A DNA stretch of 63,883 nucleotides, filler included, from Phoronis australis (lineage: Eukaryota; Animalia; Phoronida): the NCBI GenBank assembly GCA_002633005.1. It is 6 parts of 6 records of this genome, joined end to end, with 100 filler letters (N's around TTAATTAATTAA, not from the genome) between each part and the next. Parts side by side here need not be neighbours in the genome. Positions count along the whole stretch, not along the records: positions 1 to 29,781 come from NMRA01001292.1; positions 29,882 to 40,576 come from NMRA01000266.1; 4 more parts are not named here. One strand, given 5' to 3'. The first letter of the stretch is position 1. Every line of letters starts with the position of its first letter. Below the pieces are notes generated by a model that saw only the letters and a list, made by a program, of their open reading frames with translations, did no database searches and had not been told where the DNA came from. Positions 25,528-38,400 of this stretch are shown here, piece after piece. The translations under genes and the position numbers were made by a program.

Positions 25528-28500
25528 TTAAGCGTAAAGGAAAGGTTGGCCCCCTTAAAAAGCCGTGCATTCAGGCAGCGCGCGCGCCTGACGTTGATTG
25601 GGATGTAAGTTCGAAGAGTTCAACTGCCTCAGGTATGGTCAGAGTCGTTAGTCATCGATAGATGCTACTCGTGCCAAGATGTTACGCAAAATGGTTGGTG
25701 AAGATGAAATCCTCAAAAGTCCACGATTGACCTTGCTTGACCTCCCCCGCGCGAGTCTGCACTGAAACCTCACATCCGACGTGCAGTTCACCGTATCACA
25801 TTGTACCAGCGTGCTTGTGAACCCATAATCGAGCAGTCAAGACGAGGGACAAGGGTAGATGCAGACTGACGAAAGAGTGTTACAAGCTGTGTGGTCGTGT
25901 GGTCCTATCTTACCAAACTTACTGATTGATTTCTTGCTCACCAATGTTTGTGAAGTGGACACAGAAGAGGAAAGTGGAGAACTGTATGGAAGTTTCACGG
26001 AAATCAATAAAAGTGACATGGAGTGTTAGAACATGTAAACAATCAACACCTAATGATTGTCCATATTGCTGCAACCATTTCCCAAATTTCTTGAGATGTT
26101 TAAAACATTTGTTGAAATTTGGGTCATTAAAGACCTGATTATTACATGTATATAAACATTGAAAGTTGCACATTTAGTGTTTATACTGGCTTATGTACAC
26201 CTTCAGTGTAGTATTGATTGTAAGTAACCGTATAATACAAATTATATGTAATAGATTATGAAGAAAAATATTCCATCGTAATGCTTGACCCTCCAAATAT
26301 GGGTTTTGACACTTGATTTGTTCACTTACATGAATAAGAATGTGAGATATCATCAAATAACGAAAAATCGGTAAGGGCGGCACTAATTTGCATAAAAACG
26401 CACGTGGGACACTTTTTCGACTTGTTAACATCTTTTTTATGGTTTTCACACATATTTTCCTTTGCAAAAAGCAACTTAAAAGTTGAAGTCCGGGGGGGTG
26501 CACGGGGGGCCATTTTCCGACTCAACTAAATGGGCAACTGAGAGCCCAAGGTGTAAAATAGTGAATGACGTACTGAGGCAATCCAATGCTTTGACTTCAT
26601 TCAGACTGTTAAACGAGGATGGAAATGTTCACGCAAAAAGTTCATGGCGTCGGTGGTAACCTTCACGGGAACTTTATATGCAACAATTTGTGTTATTCTG
26701 AATTTCTTAGAGTACTTCATTTAATGTCCATCAGCTGCTTTCGATTCTATCAAATAGTTGAAAATGTCACCATATATAACATTAGACAATGCACTAACGA
26801 ATATCATCTTCCCATGGTGTTACAGCTGACATTTTTTCAATAAACCGATGCATATTGTGGGTTATATTGAAAATTTAAAGTGGTTCGAGATATCACTCCG
26901 ATTTATGTATTAAAGTCCTCCTCTCACGCGTTGTTAACCCTTATTACATGGTTAGAGGATGCTATAAGGATCCAAGAAGTACTTACCCCATAACTAATAC
27001 AGGATCCGTACTCGAAAAAAGTTTAAATGAACGCGCCACTCACGATTCGCACCCGAAGAACCACCGCCATTTTGAACTTGCCGCGAACCCCGAAGTACAA
27101 TTCATTCAGGAACTCAGGCCGAGAAAACGCTGTCAGTGCGACTGGAGCAGTGCCTGTACTGTTACCAGCCAGCAACCGGGGATAAAATAATCGACAGCGC
27201 TCCTTAATTTTAATAAAATCAAATTACGGACGATTTTATCGAATTTGCTGAAGAAATGTGGCGAATAAATTTTGACAGAAATTATTTTGCCAGACTCGGG
27301 ACCGCAGCCTATCGGACCCGGTGCGGATCGAGACCAGACACTGGCGAACGGTAAATGCATGCGGTTGCAAGCTGTTTTTATCGAAGTAAAATGGTCAAAT
27401 CATAAATGCTGCATATATTCAAGGGTAGTTTCAGCCACTTGCTTGAAATTACGGGCTGGTTAGTCCTGTGTCACACTGCCGCGGCAGACCTTAGTTAGCC
27501 TGAGTCATTGAGCTACCAGTGAAGACTATCGTCAAAATACAGCTTGTTAGTAGGCCTATACAGCTTTGCGCCAAGGCTACCCTTAGGCCTAACTGGTCTG
27601 ATAAAACTGGCTAACCCTTTAGCCAGTGGGCACTTTCCCATCAGCGAGTGACTAACAGAGACTCGTACAAATCACTGGAAGCACGTTTACAACTCAACCA
27701 TTTATTTTTTTGATTATGGCTTCTATATATTAATGTATGTTTTTGCATGCATATCTTCTATATGTACCTCTCTGTAAATAATTATCTAAACATGTATTTT
27801 CTATCTGTATGTAGCACTTGTGCTAATGATTCTTTTGTTGTGTCTACTCACAACCTGATTTATAATATGCGCTTCACCTGTACCTACACTTACCAAGTCT
27901 GGGGTTTGTTGAAAAAAACTTAATTGTGATTTTGGCTACTTATTGCCTGCTCTTTGATCTTGTAAGTGATAAGTGTACTTGACTTAATTGGCCACCACTA
28001 TATTTTACAGTCCACACACAGGTTGTACGGGAATTTTGATAACAGTGGACTATCATTTGTAAAATTTAATTTGGGTTTAACATATAACTAGTTAACATTA
28101 GCACAAGTGATAGATTCCGACAATGGGACTATATACAAATATTTACATGTATACCAGATAGTACAGAGCCAGGATGAGGTGGCTCATCTATAAACAGAGG
28201 GCGTACACATATGAACATGGGTTCTAAGGCAATATTTGAGGGTTGCCGCAACTGTTACATTGACAGAGTTGTGAAGAATTCATTAGCAGCTGATTGAAAA
28301 ACATTTACAGGTAATGTACTCATGCTTCTAGTATTATTTGGGAGACTTCTATGCCTTATATTTTGATAATAATGAGAAAAAATTATCATTAGTTTTTATA
28401 CTATAATTTGGAATACTTAATGGCTTTCACAGTTACACTGTTGCATATTTTGTCAACTGCTATTAGTCGTCACAGAAACAATTGATTAGATTACAAACAC

Positions 28501-29334
28501 TTAACTTGTTCCAGGTAAAGGTGATCACATATAGTATTTTCAAGTACATAGAGCAACAGAACCATTAGCATCGACTCGAAACTATATAGTGGACAGTTTG
28601 CAAATTTTTACTCGTATGGTATATTTAACGCTACAGTAGTATCAAAGGTAAATTTCATCCTGTATAAGTGGCTTAAAACCAGAAATTAAATATTGTCATT
28701 TACATGTACTGTGGGTAGAGAACCAAGAGGACATGTAAAAGAAAAAATGTCAACCAATTTGTTCAGTATGGATTAAAAGCAATTGGAAGAGATATTCTGG
28801 CATCAAAAAAAAAGAAAAATTAAAAATGGCACACAAGCAAAGGATGTCTAGATATTCCGTTTGACATGTCAAGTGAACCGCCTGTGTTGTCATAAAATGA
28901 TAATCAAAATTGTAAAAAAAAAAAATTCTGTAATGATTCAGTGCCAAACGTGCTTTTCGAATTACAGATATACGACAAATGTACCTTACAAGGTGCTAAA
29001 ACACCATTCTGTTTTACTAATGATGATAGCCTGAGCAAACATATTCAGTCCAAGCATAGGAAGCAAAGATGTATGTGTTGTTATAAAGAAAGACTGAATT
29101 GTATTTTCCAAAAGTTCCAAGAATTCTGCAACCATCTAAAAGAGCATTCCATTACAGCTTCTACATTTGAGGATAAAGATGCTTGTTTGTCTCATATGTT
29201 TGTCTGGAAAGTCTCACTTTCCAATTAAAAACTACAAGACTTGTCGAAATCCAAGAAACCTGGTTTGGCAAATAATGCAAACCATAAACTTTACTCTAAA
29301 CCGTCAAAGTATAGGCCAAAAATAAGTCTGAAAA

Positions 29335-29500
29335 TTTTCTTCTGTTCCCAATGTAATATAAGGACCCAGATGAGGGAATTCAGCCATCCATTCAATGTGA
29401 CAGATGGTGCGACTAGTTTCATTTTAAATGTGAAAATGGTATTGAGGCAATCCACCTCCCTCTGAGGTGGAATGGTGTTGTATAACGTGTGGCTCCGGAA
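29335..29500 (+). pseudogene. Degenerate PHD-finger-like relic, probably TE-associated
   Basis: Across frames: FCSQC...SIQCDRWCD*FHFKCE...PSEVEWCCITC, approximating C4HC3 spacing with a stop and frameshifts. Confidence 0.4.
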
Positions 29501-29781
29501 TACAATCATATGAATGACTTTTGATAATAATTACTTTAAAAACAAGACACTTATTTACTGTGTGAAACTAACTGTTGCTCAACTGTTAATGAATTCCCAA
29601 TGTGTGATTCAGTTTTAATATACATTATGTGAAATATGCCTTGCCCAGCATTATGCGGCTCAAAGGCATCGTCCGTTTCTGATCATAGTCTTTAACTTAC
29701 TATTGTAGGTATCCGTTTTGTACTTTTATAAACTTCAATCATAACAGCTAACATATTTGATTAAAAGATACATAAAATTCT

Positions 29782-29881
29782 NNNNNNNNNNNNNNNNNNN
29801 NNNNNNNNNNNNNNNNNNNNNNNNNTTAATTAATTAANNNNNNNNNNNNNNNNNNNNNNNNNNNNNNNNNNNNNNNNNNNN
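29782..29881. other. Artificial contig linker (44N-TTAATTAATTAA-44N); identical linkers at 40577-40676, 47118-47217, 57113-57212, 59945-60044
   Basis: Five identical 100-nt spacers; the 12-mer gives stop codons in all six frames. Confidence 0.97.
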
Positions 29882-31000
29882 CAGCCACAGTGCACTCTGT
29901 GTATCTCCCATTCCGCAACCTCTAGTTAAACCTCCTGTTGATTTAATACTTTTCATGGGCATTTGTTCAATTACAAGATCATATCTCATTATGACAAGCC
30001 TGCCCAGAATCTGTCACTTTGTCTTATGGTTTGTTGGCCGTAGACGTCGGACGGGTGTCTTTGAGTTGCTACATCTACTTCAGTCACGTATGAAGATTTT
30101 GCACAAGAGTTGTGACCAGCAGTTGCAAAGTAAGGCAGCACTTCAGAAACTGCTTTTAGGTGAAGCTCCCAATCTGACGTTATTTGTGCTTTTAAAAAAG
30201 TCGAAGGATGTCAATCATCTTCATATACTGTAGTCAAAGACTAATGATTCGACTTTCCATGGACAAATCTGATTAATGTGCTTGCCCACAATAAGATCAT
30301 CATAGTGCTTGAGACCAGCTCTCAAATCGTAATGAAGAATATCATTGGCCATTGATTCTTCTGACGAACTATTCTCTGCCACTGTGAATTGTGAAAACCT
30401 AGACTCTGATTCAGTCGTGTTTGAATATACCAATGGCAGTAGGTTGGAAACCAGAAGTGAACTCTCATGAGAGCATTTCACTGTAATCCAAGGATCAGAA
30501 TGGGAAGACACTGCCTGGGCATGGCATGCGCCATAGTATACATCTAGTTATGTGATCAGCTGGGATGTCTGAGATGTCTGAAGAATCTGTCTCCATCTTC
30601 TGACGAGCCACAATTTGTGTACAAGCATTGAACTCAGCTCCACCTCTTGGCATGTAATCCGTGTGTTCTGTGTTGGTGACATTACGGACTCCTGGAATTT
30701 CTGAAGAACCTGAATTTCTTTCTTCATTGGTTTTGGATTGGCGTTACTTGATATGTCAATATTTGGAAGTGGGATGTTGAATGTTCTGGCTTTATGATAG
30801 CATTCAGTGCTGAGTCTACCAATATATGCCCCCTCTTTGCTCTATCCACACTTTTTCCATTTAACATAAGGATCACACTGTTTGATGCATACACCGTCTC
30901 AAGAACTCCTTGAAGCCCTGTGCTTGACATTACGTATCCAATACATTCCAGAAAGCTCATCTCAGTATGCAATCTTCCAAGCCTGGCTAAGAACAAGTGA
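29882..31000 (-). pseudogene. Second Academ-type transposase relic (central domain)
   Basis: RLGRLHTEMSFLECIGYVMSSTGLQGVLETVYASNSVILMLNGKSVDRAKRGH; L*LQYMKMIDILRLF...WELHLKAVSEVLPYFATAGHN; DLVIEQMPMKSIKSTGGLTRGCGM are hallmark motifs of this family; contains stops. Confidence 0.75.
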
Positions 31001-32094
31001 CTGAAGATCACCGTCGTTTTGTTTGCAGGCACTAATTTCCTCTAAAATCAGTTACCTATGTTCATAAAAAGCATGCATATTATAAACAAATTGTGGGTCC
31101 TAACTATTAAGATTTAATTAATAACATTTTGTTACACAATCCTATTTGCTTTTCATCAAATTCAGGTGAAATCAACAGCCAAATTCTCAATACATGCCAG
31201 TGGCAGACGAAATCAATTCTTGGGAACAACTAATAATATCTCCAATAGCAGAGAAAAAAGTCTACTTCCTACCCATTTTATTAAGGGTTTGTATAATGAA
31301 TAAGCCAATAACTCCACCAGAATAACATATTTTTCTAACAAATCAAGTGACCAGATCGTATTTCAGCTGTCTCTCAAAGCAACTGACTTGGAAAATACAA
31401 GCGCTGCCGAGACACGTATTGAATATTTTCAGTTTGCCTATCTGCAGACGTCTCACAAAACTTGTGTGCAAAGTCTATTCCCTAAATCCCTTTCACTTCA
31501 ATCAGAACGAATGCCTCATTGGGTTGCTTAGAGCGCTTAAGTAGCGGTGACGTGGAAACAACGTTTGAAAGCGCAACTGATTACCTAGTGAATGTTACGT
31601 AAGCAATATGAATTTGAATACCTGCAACGCAAACATCTGAGGAAAAGTTTTTCCAGCAATCAACAGAGCGCAGAAACGTGAAGGCAATCACAGACACTTA
31701 AGTAACTCAACTGCTCACTGTTCACTGCTAGTCTGCTTATAAGAAGTGCTGCAAAACACTTATTGAAGGGCAACTAGAAAGTTTGAGGGTAATTGCTGAA
31801 CGTAATATATTTTTTGAATTTATTAAGCTTTTAGGCCTACTATAGCCAAAACACAAAAAAACACTAAGCAAGAATGCATAAAGATTTGCTCTTTGGTTAG
31901 TTAAATTTATATGCACTATTACTTAGATGAGATGCGCTAAATTTGCAAAAACATTATTCAGTATTGAAGAAAATTAAACGCCAGACCACATTTCGGACAT
32001 AATTCTTCACAACAAAAAACACTGAGCATGTCATGAGGTACATTATGTTGATGTGTTGTGGGCCATGAGCGTGAAGTTCGAGAGAAGTAAGCGC

Positions 32095-32380
32095 TCTCTT
32101 GTAGCAGCTATTGATAGCTAACAACCACCAGTCCTCTGACGCAACTTGGAGCTGACATATGTGCTGTTCCTTACCCTAGATAGCTGCTGTGCCATGTCAA
32201 CGCATTCATGTCATGCAAGTAAAGTAGTGCACAGCCAAGAAAACTTTGAACTCTGGGGTGGTAGCTATTGCTCGTTACCAACAGTCACAGACGCAAGGTG
32301 AAGCTGATATACACTGCTTAGGATGTTCCAGACCCCCTTCACACTCCAGCCTCGTCCCCAAGCCTCAAGATGGAGCTGAT
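32095..32380. repeat. Diverged direct repeats
   Basis: AGCTATTG...CAGTC..GACGCAA...GAGCTGA/GAAGCTGA recurs at ~32105 and ~32263, with a partial copy at ~32370. Confidence 0.5.
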
Positions 32381-34897
32381 TGGTTTATTCATTTTTAGTT
32401 GGTTTAGGAACATGAAAAATGTCAGAGTTATGAAAACATTTTTACGATCATCGCAGGAATATCATGAGTAAAATAATTGAAAATTTTCTGCAGCTGTATA
32501 AATAACAATAATAAACGATACACTGTAGTAATTTAGGTCTAAATTATTACAAAATGATGAATTTGATTCGAAAATAGATCAATTTCTATAGTACAACTGA
32601 TCAAAAATAATTGAAAATCAGTTTGCGAACAACCTTTATTTCAAACAATAACCATAACAATGCCTTCTGATTCATGAACGGCAGAAAATACGCATGTGAA
32701 AATAACTAAAATGTCTTTTTAAAAACGTCAAGGCAGCGGCCAATCATTGTGCAGAAGGTACATAACCAATCCTCAAACTGCTAAATTGATCTGCGCCATC
32801 TCAGGAAAGAGGCTGACACACCTCCTATTTTTTCATCCAATAACAACAATAAACCGTCACAAATGTGCAGAGATAAATTCATTATCCCTGATTTTTACAA
32901 AGAATTGAGGTCATGTTAGATATTACGTGACACTGCCGTATAAAATGACAAAACATTTGCATTAAACATGAAATCCAGTCTCCGTAATGGCGACGATATT
33001 AAACTGAAGAGGGGAGTAACACGCTTTCAGTAATCAATGACGAATATTCTCTATCACTCTCAGTCAACTTAACTTTGCCCAATATGTCATTGTTTATGTA
33101 AACGCAATCTCAATATTCTGCTGTAATCGGTTATATGAGAGTTTAGTCATACCAATGCAAGGGTGACAGAATGTTGCGTAAATGTCAAGTCTCTTTGCCG
33201 TAAACTCTTGAAACTGGACAAACAAATTTAACGTGCCATATGTTTTCATCCTGTAAAAATTATTGTTTTGTCCCGATATTGCAATAAAAAATGTCCACGT
33301 ATGAGGTCCTCTTTCTAGCTGGGAATAAACGTTCTCGAGAAAAAACTAAAAATTCACGATAACACTATCGGGGCAAATTGTGAGGATTGCGTGCTTGCCA
33401 ACGCACCAAATCATCGTTTTATCATGATATACATGTAGATTCTGAATTAGTCTCAGTTAAGCATAACGGCGTGCACTAACTGTCTTTTTCAAGGAGTGAC
33501 AGATTTAGCCAAAAGGTGTCAGTCATCTACTTGAAATCAATGAACGTGCTTTGTACAACAAAGGCGAACCCCTCCCAGACACACTGTAACCACACCATGG
33601 TAGGAATTGTGTTGCAGTCTGGGCCGCGGCCAATGTTGTCACTATCGACACGTATTACTCTTAACTAGTTCTATGGATTTCTAAGTTTTAGGTAATTTAC
33701 AAAACTAGCTAAACAGTCGAAATGGTGGCGCTATACGCATATTCTACAAATCGTATGTAAGATAATTAACGTAACAGTCCTCTCTCTTCATTCACAATTG
33801 CAAGCACTTATAAATAAACACTTGTAGAATTGGAAAATGTCGAGGTTTTCAGTAATTTAATTAAATTCATCTTGGCTCCTTAAACATTTACTTGCTCATA
33901 AAGTATGACCATGGCACAACATAGCCGTTCTGAGTAAAGAAAGCAGGCACACAAGGCCACGTTGCCTCCTCTGACTAGTCGAAACCCAACCAAGGTAGTT
34001 ACATGTATATTGGCAGCCAAAAGAATCCAAGTTCAATGCAGACGCAAAAGAATCGGTATATAAGCTGTGTTTCCAGATGTGGAAATTATCGATTTTAAAA
34101 GAAAATACAAATGTCTCATAGTCACTCAGGTTTAATAAGATTGTCAACGAACTTTTTGGCTATTTAAAATGTACTTCTTCTGTCGTCGATGAAGCGTTTT
34201 CTTTAGTAGGAAATATAGTCATTTGGGGAAGTGTCACATTTACAGCCAAAAACTTAGAAATACTACTAATTTAGTTGAAATTTTTACAATACTTTTAAAT
34301 TGAAAAATGAACTTATACGTCTAAAATTGCTAATTTGAAAAAACAGAGCTTGGCTCCTATTATTGTTTCTGTTGGTCTTAATGTTACGTCTACCACCTTG
34401 TCTGGAAATCTGTTGATAATGTTGGTGCGCGTCTGAGTGGATCTCCATCATTTGCATCTAACAGTGTCAATGAATTGTATTTAAAGTAGAATTTCGCCCC
34501 GTTTAATCGCATAAATCCGATGTTGGTACAGTTCTTACATCGATTACACAATAATATGGAAACCATCAACACTTCATGCACTCTGTTCATTGGTGCTGGA
34601 CATACAACTCAAGTATTGTGGGAGTTTAAAACGGCGAATGTACTAGAAACCTTTTTGTCTTAGTTACTGTCTCACTCGGTAACAATTTAAGATCGCATAA
34701 GTGTTGGTTTTAAACGCCCTTGGGTTCGGTCTTTAACAACTGCAGTGTAAACAAAATGACACTGAAATCCTCGTCACGCGGGTTGGGCAGAAGCCAAACT
34801 CGTCATCATACAGACGTCCTCAGTCATTATGACCGAGAATGAGAGTGAGAGTTAGTATGGTGGCAAAGGTATTCTGTAATCAGAACATTTATTTCGG

Positions 34898-35002
34898 TAA
34901 TGGTCGAATATAACGTGTCCGAATTCTGAGAACCAGTTTTCCCACCAAATAACGGGCATCAAACTGGTTCTCAAAATGCGGGCACTTTATATCAAACTAT
35001 TG
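34898..35002. mobile_element. Palindromic ~105-bp MITE; second copy at 41702-41807
   Basis: ...GAGAACCAGTTT - spacer - AAACTGGTTCTC... hairpin, near-identical in two different contigs. Confidence 0.8.
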
Positions 35003-35480
35003 TCTTTATTTCCACTACGCTTTGCTTTAAAAATGATTGGCCTTGTATAGTTTGAAAACGGTATGTTGTCTGATTACATTTTTCATAGTAAAACAAAACT
35101 GTCACGACTGAACATGAACAGATACCAGACCGAAAAACCGATCATTGTATCATTGAAATAGTTCAGCATTCAGCAGTGATGTACATGTAACGCCGGCAGC
35201 CATTACAAAAGGATTCCAGTATAGGTCACGTGATTATCTTGAAAACTGTATTTACATAGTGCTAAAAAGATCACTTTCAGCTTCACACCAATTATATATC
35301 GTGTCTCATAATGTTCACAGAATTAATGTGAATTAAAAATACCGGGAAACGGCTTTATAGCGCTCCCGTGTTTTAATTGTGCCAGGATTTCTGAAGTGTT
35401 TTTGTTGAGTGTCCTAACAGAGCCTAATTCTGCTGAGGTGGTTGACCTAGCTGGCCTAATGAGGCACCTAGTCTACGCAA

Positions 35481-38400
35481 TTATGTCGGTCGTCCTCCAG
35501 GGAAGATAAGTTGGCACAAACGTGAGTCTTTCTGATTAATAAATTCAAAGATACACTCTGTTCTGACTCCTTGCTCAACAGTAGTCAGACGAAATTCTCC
35601 TGGCGCGATATAATGTCCAATTGTGTGCATTACAGCCAAACACGCCTCCTCTTCGTCGTCAACTACAAACCCCGGACTTCCTGAGCTGCCGGGACCGAAC
35701 TTTGAACTGCATTGGTAAAGCGCTCGCCGTCTGTCAGCTACCGTCTTGTAGGTGTCGTTGTTAGATCTCCTATGAAGCTCAAGAAGCTGCAATTGTAATA
35801 AACTGAATTGAAAAATGATGTCTAAAAACCCTGAAAGGTGACTACCACCCACCATTTATTACATTCTAAGGGTACACCTACATGTACAATGTACGTGTAT
35901 CATACAGTATAGACAATCACAGTACCCAAGCCGTGTCAAACTTTCCTTAAACCTACATGTACTTACTGGCATGAAACACACATGTACACGTACACGTTAT
36001 TGTACTGTATATTTACAATGTACCTGCTTCGTGTCATTTTTTTCCTAAAGGTGCTCACTGGTATAAGATTGGGCTCCATTGCTTTCGTAATCCTATTAAG
36101 GGTGACGTCTTTTTGTAAATGAGAGAATTATTAGCAGTCGCTTCTGTTCAGACAACGGCGCAAAATTACTAGTGATAGTGTGCGCTTAGACAGTACTCGT
36201 GACCTATAAAACCAACTCCACGCGTACTTCACGTGTTATGCCAACTTGTAATGAGCCTGGTCTCTAGGAATGAATGAACTTTCAGTTCTTTCTGAGAACA
36301 GACCAATGTGAGAGGCAATTGACCGATTGAGGTGGTGTGGATCGAAACTGGATTTTTATAATTGGTGGATTATATTGACTTTAAGTATGGTTTTGTTTTG
36401 CCAAAAAGGTAAATTAATAGAAAAAGTCTATTGCTTGGTCTCCACGATACACGTAGTATCCAAAATGCAGGTAGAAAACCTCCGTGTCTGGATGGGCGAT
36501 ACCATACACTGTCGTGAGACAAGTATAATTTTTTTGCTCCGGCAATGCACTTAAAAACAATAGTTTGTTTGGGCTAGCAACTGAGTGACGTGACATATAC
36601 CTGGGATCTTTCAGCGTCTGTTATGTGCTCAAGTTTACATTGAGTATCCAAAACCTTCTCTTGACCGTCAGGATGACCAGCAAAGTGCACATATTCCTGT
36701 CCCACGATAGCTTTAAACTTAATCAGTGGTGGCGGCAACGCATGTTTGTTTATCCTCTTACACAGATTGAAGGCTGGCGGAAGTGCAGATTGGAAATCGA
36801 GGTCTACGACAGCTACGTCAAGGTCCTCATCATGTGCTATGACTGAGAGGATGGGCGCTGCATGGATTATACCCTGGTTAAGGGACTGCATTAATGACTT
36901 GTTAAAATGTAAAAGCACGGCGTTGCTTCTCACTGAAATAAGAGATTAAGTAACTATTACAATGCCATTGGACTGTACAAGTCAGCACCAAAAGTAAAAT
37001 GTCTGCGATAAAAGTAATTTTCACATATAATCAGTGGAATGAATGGAACAAACTATGTTCAAAGTATGAGTCGAAGGCTCAGCCGACGAAAGAAATTCCG
37101 CGTGTTCACGTGCGCATATAGATTATTTCAAGGAAGTTTAACTGGTAAATATACCGGACGAGTTTTAGAAAATGCTAGCTTGCACACACCAGAAAAGGTG
37201 ACAGTTTGTAAGAAAATCAAAAACGTACCAATTTAATAACTTCAAAACGTCGATCAAATTGAACAATAATGTAGTATTATGAGACAAATGTTCGCATGTT
37301 CACGTTTTGGTTAACTGGAATTGGGTTACCAGTATACATGCACATGTAGGCATATATTCAACTGGGGAAGTACATGTAAGTTGGCTTAATCGCTGGTAAT
37401 ATGGAGAAAACAAGTATACGAAAACAAGTCTCGCACTGATTCTGGCATTTACTGCGAAGAGCTATCAGGAGAAGGATGACCGCTACAAAGAGCCTATTTC
37501 AAAGAGCCAAACCTCAGAAACTCCAAAATTTCCAAATACGATAAACATTTCAACGTTCGATGGTTCTGGGGTGCCGGTTTCTTAAAGATTACAGTAGGTT
37601 AAATATTAAATTGACGCAAGCAAACACACACTTTGGTACCAGATTAGTCAGTTATTGGGAGAATAAATGTCAAAAGAGGAGTCAATACGGCGTTAAAGTC
37701 GTATTTTCTGTCAAAACTTTCTAATTTAAGCCACCTGCTGTTCCCAAAGTTGTGTGATACTGTTCGTTAGTCAAAATAGGGATGATTGATTATCTTGCAA
37801 ACAAAGCGTTCGTAATTCCTTCAGATCAAAGAGTGACCTCAAATTTTATAAACTCTTTACTCGTCTGAAGGAATAAGGTGTAATACCCAAATTGAATTTT
37901 TGGGTGTATAACCCTATTGGTATGCCTTTATTTTTCAAGTGTGCCCTGGGTAGCGCCCTTGCTCGGTATTTTTAGTGCGCTTACGTGTCTCATGCTGGGA
38001 TTATAAACTCCGGTAAATCTTACTTAGGAGATGGATGCGCTGTGTTCTCCTTGGATATAAGTTAAACAGTGCACGAGGCAGTTTATGTTTTGTCATAGTA
38101 AGTCCAACATTGAATATTTCTCGAAAACAAAGTTCGACATGCGATGCGTGATGAAAAACTACCGCATAACTAATGTGCACCATTTGTCTCGTAATTTCAG
38201 TGGCACAGTTTGTAAGAATTAGCACCTGGTGACACGTGTGGTTGCACTCAACACTTTTTGTCGTCTGGTAACAATATATGTACGTGAAAACGTTTTGTCG
38301 TTTTCAATGACTTTTTAAAATATGCTTATGTACATGTAAAAGATTATACCACCTGGCGTGGTCATTTTCAGCTCGGATCATGCAACCATCTTTAGTATAG

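Larger units (their letters stand above)
21783..26528 (+). mobile_element. Academ-type (XPG/FEN1-nuclease-domain) DNA transposon relic with ~250-bp imperfect TIRs
   Basis: 21783-22035 is an inverted copy of 26275-26528 (both begin TAGTT). Coding relic: SNQ*ETDLRIVLYLQYAASIGY...YLDTGSGNHRRLLDL...LLGLYVYTGEACTSAF|KRKGKVGPLKK...RAKMLRKMVGEDE...ALKPHIRRAVHR...WSCGPILP. TSD not resolved. Confidence 0.72.

Noticed and set aside
29826-29837. TTAATTAATTAA as a biological motif
   Set aside because: Always centred in exactly 44+44 Ns; it is a six-frame-stop assembly linker.
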